Of a stretch of DNA of 64,000 nucleotides, positions 57,635 through 64,000 are shown in pieces (position 1 is the stretch's first letter; the number at the start of each line of letters is the position of its first letter). The translations under genes were made by a program, and so were the position numbers. The stretch lies in contig CAVYGN010000001.1 of assembly GCA_963768055.1 (NCBI GenBank), positions 1,728,001 through 1,792,000 of the forward strand, written 5' to 3'. The notes beneath the pieces are model-generated. The model was not told the DNA's origin. It made no database searches and saw only the letters and a program-made list of their open reading frames with translations. Origin of the DNA: an uncultured Spirochaetota bacterium (lineage in GTDB: Bacteria; Spirochaetota; Brevinematia; Brevinematales; JAOACQ01).

Positions 57635-58507
57635 ATGAAAACAGGTTTTCCAGGGTCTGTATTTCCGAACCTGCTAACGCTTTTCATCCCTTTTATGTTA
57701 TTCGCTGCAGGTATAGGCTTTACAATACTGCAGTCTTTCTGCATTGCCGGTTTTTCCTACCATTACCCTTCGCCCCTGTTCGCTTATGATACATTATTCA
57801 AGGGGGGATGGTTTATTAATTCATGGCTCTTTTCACTTTACACGGCTTTTGTTTCGGCTGCGGGGGCAACGGTTATCGGTTCATTGATATCATGGTGGAT
57901 ATGGAACCTTCCGTTCGAAATACGGCGATTCGCTATTTCTCAGAGGATCTTCCTGATCCTTCCCCATGTAGCCGTTGCATACATTATTATAATTTTATTA
58001 GGTAAAACCGGCATAATATCCTCGGTCCTGTACCACATCGGTTTAACCAGCAGCCCGGGAGATTTCCCTTCCCTTGTTTTTACGGGCAACGGGATCGATA
58101 TAATCTCCGGGTATATTCTTAAGGAGGTGCCTTTCGTCATGGTCCTGGTTTTCGGGATATTGTCGAAACTGGATCCCAGGCTGGTGGAAACAGCCGGGAT
58201 GCTGGGCGCCGGGAAATTTACTATATTTTTCAGGATTGTCGTTCCATTCATAATGCCGGTGCTTAACACATCGTTCATTATACTCTTTATTTATAGTTTC
58301 GGGGCTTTTGACCTTCCGTATGTCCTGGGGGACAGCTATCCCGGAATGCTGTCGCTTCGGGTTTACGAGTATTATTTTCAGAGGGACCTTTATTACAGGC
58401 CGGTCGCGATGGCCGTTCTCTCTCTCATTTTTATATTTTCGATATTCTTCGTGTTCTTATATAGCCGCCTTGTAGGAAAGTTGAGTAACGATGTGAGGAA
58501 GATATGA
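57635..58507 (+). CDS. ABC transporter permease (YnjC-like, first half)
   Basis: KEVPF, EAA-like ETAGMLGA, FGAFDLP..LG. Confidence 0.85.
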   Translation: MKTGFPGSVFPNLLTLFIPFMLFAAGIGFTILQSFCIAGFSYHYPSPLFAYDTLFKGGWFINSWLFSLYTAFVSAAGATVIGSLISWWIWNLPFEIRRFAISQRIFLILPHVAVAYIIIILLGKTGIISSVLYHIGLTSSPGDFPSLVFTGNGIDIISGYILKEVPFVMVLVFGILSKLDPRLVETAGMLGAGKFTIFFRIVVPFIMPVLNTSFIILFIYSFGAFDLPYVLGDSYPGMLSLRVYEYYFQRDLYYRPVAMAVLSLIFIFSIFFVFLYSRLVGKLSNDVRKI

Positions 58508-59292
58508 GAAGACACCGGCTTTCCCTCCTTATATACAACCTTATATTCATACTTCCCGCAGTCGTCCTTTTATTTTACGCCCTGTCTTCGATGTGGAAAT
58601 ACCCTGATATCATCCCCCGCAAATTCGATTTACATGGTGCTGCATTTGCCGTCAGGGAAATTAACGGCATCCTCCGGGGCCTCTCTTTCTCTTTTTTGTA
58701 TTCGATATGCTCGGCGGCGGTCGCCTTTTTAATGACGTTCCTTCCAGCCTCCATGTTTGCGGGAAGGAATTTCCCCTTCCGCGGCTTTCTCGAAGGACTT
58801 TTTCTTGCCCCGGCTCTTATCCCGGCGATGGCTTTTGCGTCAGGCGCACATTTTATTTTTATTAAAATCGGTCTTTCCGACACCTTTCCCGGGGTGGTTT
58901 TCATCCTCTCCCTGGTCAGCTATCCATATATGCTGAGGGCCCTGACGGCAGGTTTCCAGGCTTTCGGGCCGGAATACGCCCAATGCGCCCGGAATCTCGG
59001 ATCAGGAAAATTAAGGACCCTGTTCCTGGTTGAAATACCCCTCCTGGTCCCGGCGGTAATTTCCGGAGGATCTGTTGTTTTTCTCGTGGCTTTTTCCGAA
59101 TATTTTCTTGTCTTTCTTATAGGAGGCGGGAGCGTGCCGTCATACACAGGATATTTAATTCCATTCCTCAATTCCTCGGACAGGAGCGCCGCTTCGACAT
59201 TGACATTGATTTTTTTAATAATACCGGTATTATTATTTGCGCTAACCGACGGAGTTATATTGAGGATCTACAGGAAAAAGGGTATAGTTTGA
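58504..59292 (+). CDS. ABC transporter permease (YnjC-like, second half)
   Basis: W.YPDIIP, PYMLR, ARNLG, FSEY....IGGG. Confidence 0.85.
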   Translation: MRRHRLSLLIYNLIFILPAVVLLFYALSSMWKYPDIIPRKFDLHGAAFAVREINGILRGLSFSFLYSICSAAVAFLMTFLPASMFAGRNFPFRGFLEGLFLAPALIPAMAFASGAHFIFIKIGLSDTFPGVVFILSLVSYPYMLRALTAGFQAFGPEYAQCARNLGSGKLRTLFLVEIPLLVPAVISGGSVVFLVAFSEYFLVFLIGGGSVPSYTGYLIPFLNSSDRSAASTLTLIFLIIPVLLFALTDGVILRIYRKKGIV

Positions 59293-59462
59293 CGGATTAT
59301 AAGCAGTCAAAATTATCCTGCTTATTAAAAAAGCGAACTTTTTTGTAATATTCTGTCTTGCTTATTATAATTCATATCAAATTATTCGGCGATTTGAATG
59401 GCCCTTAACAGCATTATAAGGTTCAAAACATCACATTAAACTTTTTACAGAGGAGATTGTTT

Positions 59463-60308
59463 ATGAAAAAAATCATGTTTGTTTTCTTATTTTGCTCCCT
59501 TTTATTTTCCATCTATTCCTGCATGGGCAACCGGTCTGTCAATTCGCCGATGAAAGCCGGTAAATTTCAGATCCGGGATAAAGAAATGAGCACTTATGCT
59601 GTATATAGGAATGGAGAAGAGACCAGCCTGGTCACCTTCGTGATCAAAACCAACGAAGACCCTGTATGGGGAAAGACCGCTACAATGTATGAGTTTATCC
59701 AGATGATAACAAATATGAGAAAAATGCCAGACAATTACACGAATTTTGACGGTTACCATACCGTTTCCCTTGACAGGGCGTCCCTTGTGGAGGAGACAAG
59801 GAACTGGGAATTCGCGAAGGATGTGATAAAAGGCTACCCCTATTACCAGCATTATCAAATGAATATCAAGGATGAAACATACGAATACACGGCAAGAACA
59901 TGGTCGGGCGCCGAAACCCGGGAGAGCCATTCACGGATCAGGCTTAATAACAAGATGCAGTACCCCATTTGGACCACGCAAAGCCTCGTGATGATAGGCA
60001 TGCGCTTCCTCGATATAAAAAGCCCCGGCATAGTTTATCTGGTCGAACCCTGGATGCTCAAGGAACCTATGCCCATAAGGGTTAAATACCTCGGCACGGA
60101 AGTGATCGAAACAAAGGCCGGCAGGTTTAAAACAATAAAAGAGACCATGGATATCGCCGACGTCTTCATCGGCAGGCTGCTGGAATCTTACACGAAAAAT
60201 ATGATCGCCTGGGTGGACGAGTCGTCGGGCAGGATGATCAAGCTTAAAGGTCCCGACGAGGACGATTACCTGGAAAGCATTTCCGTTTTCACAAATCAGG
60301 CAAAATAA
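59463..60308 (+). CDS. Lipoprotein, DUF3108-like C-terminus
   Basis: Lipobox IYSC; GTEVIETKAGRFKT motif. Confidence 0.6.
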   Translation: MKKIMFVFLFCSLLFSIYSCMGNRSVNSPMKAGKFQIRDKEMSTYAVYRNGEETSLVTFVIKTNEDPVWGKTATMYEFIQMITNMRKMPDNYTNFDGYHTVSLDRASLVEETRNWEFAKDVIKGYPYYQHYQMNIKDETYEYTARTWSGAETRESHSRIRLNNKMQYPIWTTQSLVMIGMRFLDIKSPGIVYLVEPWMLKEPMPIRVKYLGTEVIETKAGRFKTIKETMDIADVFIGRLLESYTKNMIAWVDESSGRMIKLKGPDEDDYLESISVFTNQAK

Positions 60309-60392
60309 AAAAATAGGTTGTTTCCGCTCGATAGTCCGGGCGTAAATATTCAATTCTTTTTTTTAAGATTTAATATCGGGTCAAAAACTGTT

Positions 60393-60421
60393 TTGACATT
60401 ATGTTTTGGTCAAAATATAAT
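60393..60421 (+). promoter_or_regulatory. Consensus sigma70 promoter overlapped by GTCAAAA/TTTTGAC inverted repeats
   Basis: TTGACA(60393-60398)-17 nt-TATAAT(60416-60421). Confidence 0.7.
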
Positions 60422-60466
60422 AGTTATGGGAATAAAAGAGCTTTCGAAAGCGTCAAAAATGATGAG

Positions 60467-60895
60467 TCATAACTTATCTTTATAACCTAATATCTTCTCA
60501 AATTTGAGCTGGATATTTCTGAATTCATCTATTTTTTTACTAAATTCAGCCTTTTTGTCATCGGCAAGGTCTTTCAAGTATTCGTAATAAAACATTTCAA
60601 CATCGGAATATTTTCTGGCATAACATTCTGAAAGTATTTCCGAATAGATATTCATTTCTTCACTATTAAAAATATTTTTCCCGTCTTTATCGATACTGTT
60701 GGTAAAAATATGGCCGTGAAATAATATATTCAATTCAGGTTTAGTTAAATTGGTAAGCGTAAGATGCTGTTCGTGTATTTTTGTGATGATCTTATACAGA
60801 TTAGCCGAAGTTTCTGGGTTCAGATATTTCATGTTGTCAAAGTTTATTTGCCTCCTGTCTGTTTCCCTGAAAACCGTATCATCATGCATAAACAA
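60467..60895 (-). CDS. Hypothetical protein
   Basis: 142-aa ORF with GGAGG RBS; no recognised motif. Confidence 0.55.
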   Translation of the reverse strand: MFMHDDTVFRETDRRQINFDNMKYLNPETSANLYKIITKIHEQHLTLTNLTKPELNILFHGHIFTNSIDKDGKNIFNSEEMNIYSEILSECYARKYSDVEMFYYEYLKDLADDKKAEFSKKIDEFRNIQLKFEKILGYKDKL

Positions 60896-61046
60896 TCCTC
60901 CACGGATTCAATTTAAAATGCCTTCCCAAATAAGCTCATTATAGAATATAAATCTTCTGCTTATTTTAATCAAGAAGTCTGTTAATTAAATTAAATGGGG
61001 TCTGTAATGTTGAAAAATGTGAAGGCAAGCATGGAGAGATGAAGTT

Positions 61047-61454
61047 TTACGATATATACATAACTCTTTTTAAGATTTCCTCTTCATTCTTAAATCCAAA
61101 TTTTTTATAAAATTCCCGGGCTGTTTGAGTTAATAAAAATAATCTTGTTCCTTTTAACTCATCATCATTTAAAATATATTCCATCAGTTTATGACCATAT
61201 TTTTTATTTTGATATTCAGTTAAAATAAAAACATCACATAAATATGAAAATGTGCAATAATCAGATATCACTCTTGTGAACCCGATAAACTCGCCATTTA
61301 AAAGAAGGCTATAACACAAAGAATTTTCTATTGATTTTAATATTATTTCCTGGCTTCTGTTTTTCGCCCAGTATGATTCTTTTTGTAAATAATTTATCAC
61401 TTTGCCGATATCAATTTTATTTTTATCTTTGCTGATTACCAAATTATCATTCAT
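61047..61454 (-). CDS. GNAT-family N-acetyltransferase
   Basis: SYWAKNR, IGFTRVISD, YLCDVFI..EYQ, FYKKFGF. Confidence 0.9.
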   Translation of the reverse strand: MNDNLVISKDKNKIDIGKVINYLQKESYWAKNRSQEIILKSIENSLCYSLLLNGEFIGFTRVISDYCTFSYLCDVFILTEYQNKKYGHKLMEYILNDDELKGTRLFLLTQTAREFYKKFGFKNEEEILKRVMYIS

Positions 61455-61531
61455 AAGCGACCTCTTTATACTGATTTATTTATGGACCATTTATCTTCCC
61501 TCACAGCAGGCAAAGCAGAGGGGCGGAAGAG

Positions 61532-62260
61532 CTATTTGCTATTTTCCAATTCTCTTGCTACTTCTACTATAGAATTAATTATTTTATCAGGCACTATTTT
61601 TGAGCCTTTAGGCAAGCCTGATCTTCTAAAATCATTCCATATTGAAAATATTCCCACTTTTTGAGGTGCTTCGACATCCCATTTCAAATTATCTCCTATC
61701 ATCCAAACTTCACTGGCATTCAACTTTAATTTGTTCAATGCGATAAAAAAAATTTTTGTATCTGGCTTTCCAATGCCTATCTCTTCCTCAATTAAACAAA
61801 ATTCAAAATATTTCGATAGCTTAAATCTATCAATTTTTGCTCTTTGCTTTATTGATGATCCGTTTGTTATCAAAGCCATTCTAATTCCCTTTTCCAAAAA
61901 TTTTTCTAATGATTCTATTGTATCAGGAAATAAAGAAATTGAATCCTCTTGCAAATTACTATAATTATCTGCCATATCATTTGATATCTTTTCTTCATAA
62001 TAATTCAATTCATTTAATGCCTTTTTCACAATATCCCGTCTTGCTTTTGTCATATTCATTCTTCCTTCTTTATGCCTTTCCGGATCATCCCAATACCATT
62101 TTCTTGTTTTATTTATTGTTTCTAATAATAGATCTGAACTAAAATTAGGTTTTTCAGTATTCACAAAAACATTACACATTTCTTTCCAGGCATAATCTGA
62201 TGCTAAATCAAAGGAAATAATAGTGTCGTCTAAATCAAATAATATAGCTTCCGGTTTCAT
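61532..62260 (-). CDS. HAD-superfamily hydrolase
   Basis: FDLDDT, ITNG, KPD, MIGDNL.WDV. Confidence 0.92.
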   Translation of the reverse strand: MKPEAILFDLDDTIISFDLASDYAWKEMCNVFVNTEKPNFSSDLLLETINKTRKWYWDDPERHKEGRMNMTKARRDIVKKALNELNYYEEKISNDMADNYSNLQEDSISLFPDTIESLEKFLEKGIRMALITNGSSIKQRAKIDRFKLSKYFEFCLIEEEIGIGKPDTKIFFIALNKLKLNASEVWMIGDNLKWDVEAPQKVGIFSIWNDFRRSGLPKGSKIVPDKIINSIVEVARELENSK

Positions 62261-62296
62261 TGATTAAATTATCCTTATCTTTTTATTTTTTCCAGG

Positions 62297-62356
62297 GTAT
62301 AACGCAAATGTGCAGAATGCCGAGGAGCGCCAGGAGCACGCATACTACAGTTGTAC
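62297..62356 (-). mobile_element. attC-like (integron cassette) recombination site, degenerate
   Basis: Minus strand GTACAAC...GTTATAC, 60 bp, with imperfect internal palindrome (TGTAGTATGC/GCATTCTGCA), between co-oriented AT-rich genes. Confidence 0.45.
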
Positions 62357-62400
62357 GAAGGCAGATGCGATGAATTATTTAACTCCTCTGATTTATAGTA

Positions 62401-62871
62401 TTATTTCTCGTTCTTCTCCTTGAGTTCCAATGTCACCTGATGAGAGGTTTTTACAGTCATTGTTATATATTTGAGTATTATGGCAAGTTCCTCATCGGTA
62501 AAGGTTGCAAACACCTTTTTCATCTTTTTAGACAAGCGGGAGATTATCACTCTGAATTTCTTCTCAGCTTCATTATCTTGTATTAATTCAACAATAGTTA
62601 CACGTCTATCTTCAGGATCGGGTATTCTCTTTGCAAATCCAGCTCTCTCGAGCCTATCAATCACTCCGGTAATGGCACCGGTTGTTAGACCTGAAAGTTC
62701 GGCAAGTTTGCCCGCAGTCATCGGACCGAAACGGGAAATTAAATTCACACATTTTTGATCGGTGATGTTGAGACCTAGACTATCGGCAATAGCTTGATGA
62801 AGAAAGATTGCCTCAGTACTTGTGTTCGACATAGCCCTCTCAAGGTCTTGAATGAGTTGCTTTCTTTCCAT
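62401..62871 (-). CDS. MarR-family transcriptional regulator
   Basis: LGLNITD, GPMTAG.LA..SGLTTGAITGVIDRLE.AG..KR..DPEDRR. Confidence 0.93.
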   Translation of the reverse strand: MERKQLIQDLERAMSNTSTEAIFLHQAIADSLGLNITDQKCVNLISRFGPMTAGKLAELSGLTTGAITGVIDRLERAGFAKRIPDPEDRRVTIVELIQDNEAEKKFRVIISRLSKKMKKVFATFTDEELAIILKYITMTVKTSHQVTLELKEKNEK

Positions 62872-63017
62872 TATACGGAACCCCTGAAAATTTTAGCCGC
62901 CATTAAAGACAATAGTATAATATTAAAAGGCGGCAAACTCAAGATCTCACCAGCCGGTAAATAATAAAAAAATATCCGGAACAAGTCTTGACTTTCATAA
63001 AATAAAATTTTATATTC

Positions 63018-63078
63018 ATCTTAGCATATATATATCTTAGTAACTAAATATATTAGTATATAAGATAATATATGTAAA
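63018..63078 (-). promoter_or_regulatory. Promoter of the MarR gene overlapped by three tandem palindromic operator-like boxes
   Basis: Minus strand TTTACA-17 nt-TAATAT; boxes ATCTTAGCATATATAT, TATCTTAGTAACTAAATA, TATTAGTATATAAGATA. Confidence 0.55.
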
Positions 63079-63161
63079 ATATTTCAGGGGTTCGATACTC
63101 CCCATTTTCACTTTTTATAAATGCACTGTTCAAAGTGACCTGCTTGTGGATCGATCCTTTT

Positions 63162-64000
63162 TTAAAAATCGTTTGTTTCAACCCCTTGTCCGGCTTTAGT
63201 ATCGGTTGAACTGTAACTATAAGCGGTCCTTTGAGAAAGGTCTGCCGAGATTGAAAGGCAGGTAAGTGATAACGGGGGAAATACATATGTTATATTGGTA
63301 TTATTGAGCAGTTCTTCTTTGAAAATGAAATTAACAGAACAAGGGACTTTTTTATTCCAGTTCACACAGAATATACTGCTGTTGCCTATAATATCCTTGT
63401 AGGCGTATATACGGATATCGTCTGCGGGTTTTATACACGCTATCATATTTGTGAGGGTATGATTGGAAAATAAATAGTAAATGTAATAAATTGGCTTAGG
63501 TAAATTACCCGCTTTGATGTCCAAAAAACTTAGCCCCCAGGTTTCAGCAATGCAGTATGGCATTATTGAGAGAACATTCGGCTGAGAACTTGAAATTCCG
63601 AGAAAATCGGCTAACCACAAACCGGCTTCAAAAGTACCCATGGATGCCTCAGAATAAGGTTCACTTGGGAGATTGCCGGCGGAAATCTGGCATTCACTAA
63701 TAATGACTGGCTGCCCTTGCCCATAAGTGTAAATAGTATTAGAAAGGGTGTTATATAAATTTGTAATAATATCGAATTGATTTGCCGCCATATCATATGT
63801 TGCAGCTGAATTGGGCCAGGCGGGATAGTAATGTAGCGATACTGCGTTTACATACTTCCCGCAAACTCTCAAAAAGTGCTTTAAGAAATAATGTCCGGGA
63901 TTATTAAAATCAAATGCGAGATCAGGTCCGGCAATCTTGAGCAAATGATATCTACTTTTCACCGATGCGGCGACATTCGTATAGCTGTCAATATATTTAT
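63162..64000 (-). CDS. Clan GH-A glycoside hydrolase (GH39/44/51/79-like), 5'-truncated by window edge
   Basis: KIAGP, VNAVSLHYYP, PVIISE (putative nucleophile), AGLWLAD.LG, PKPIYY. Confidence 0.65.
   Translation of the reverse strand, partial: KYIDSYTNVAASVKSRYHLLKIAGPDLAFDFNNPGHYFLKHFLRVCGKYVNAVSLHYYPAWPNSAATYDMAANQFDIITNLYNTLSNTIYTYGQGQPVIISECQISAGNLPSEPYSEASMGTFEAGLWLADFLGISSSQPNVLSIMPYCIAETWGLSFLDIKAGNLPKPIYYIYYLFSNHTLTNMIACIKPADDIRIYAYKDIIGNSSIFCVNWNKKVPCSVNFIFKEELLNNTNITYVFPPLSLTCLSISADLSQRTAYSYSSTDTKAGQGVETNDF

Noticed and set aside
60440..60474. Hammerhead-like words CGAAA, GTC and TGATGAG
   Set aside because: No stems I and III can form between them and the core C of CUGAUGA is missing
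645..63796. Numerous 60-180 aa ORFs antisense to or nested in the long genes
   Set aside because: Shadow ORFs with no RBS or recognisable motifs, overlapping well-supported genes

Overview
64-kb stretch of a bacterial chromosome with moderate, uneven GC content (judged by eye). Gene content suggests a spirochaete; this is inference only, from a Borrelia P13-like domain, spirochaete-type lipoprotein signals and a ParB-like/metallophosphoesterase pair. No rRNA, intact tRNA, CRISPR array or transposase was seen. Recognisable blocks are: a fatty-acid beta-oxidation operon (fadD-thiolase-fadJ/B-acyl-CoA dehydrogenase); a thioesterase/hydrolase/lipase-glpK-three-gene glycerol-3-phosphate dehydrogenase run; housekeeping genes (recN, nadK, nadA, aroK, topA); a TonB-dependent receptor; lsrF plus a Zn-dehydrogenase; an ankyrin paralog array; and a divergent cluster of TIGR04283/TIGR04282 fused transferase, disulfide oxidoreductase and TVP38 facing a kinase and a YnjBCD-like ABC transporter. 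The most notable system is a translationally coupled three-gene operon (44466-47338): a membrane class III nucleotide cyclase with a periplasmic CxxCH haem-c motif, followed by its own minimal system II (CcsB/CcsA) cytochrome c maturation genes. Also found: two small ORFs missed by the ORF track, one being a 31-aa His-x11-His membrane peptide that mirrors its neighbour's C-terminal helix; many pseudogenes; a MITE-like element; an attC-like site; a candidate structured RNA upstream of nadA; and an orphan perfect sigma70 promoter firing antisense. All family calls come from motif recognition by eye, not database searches.
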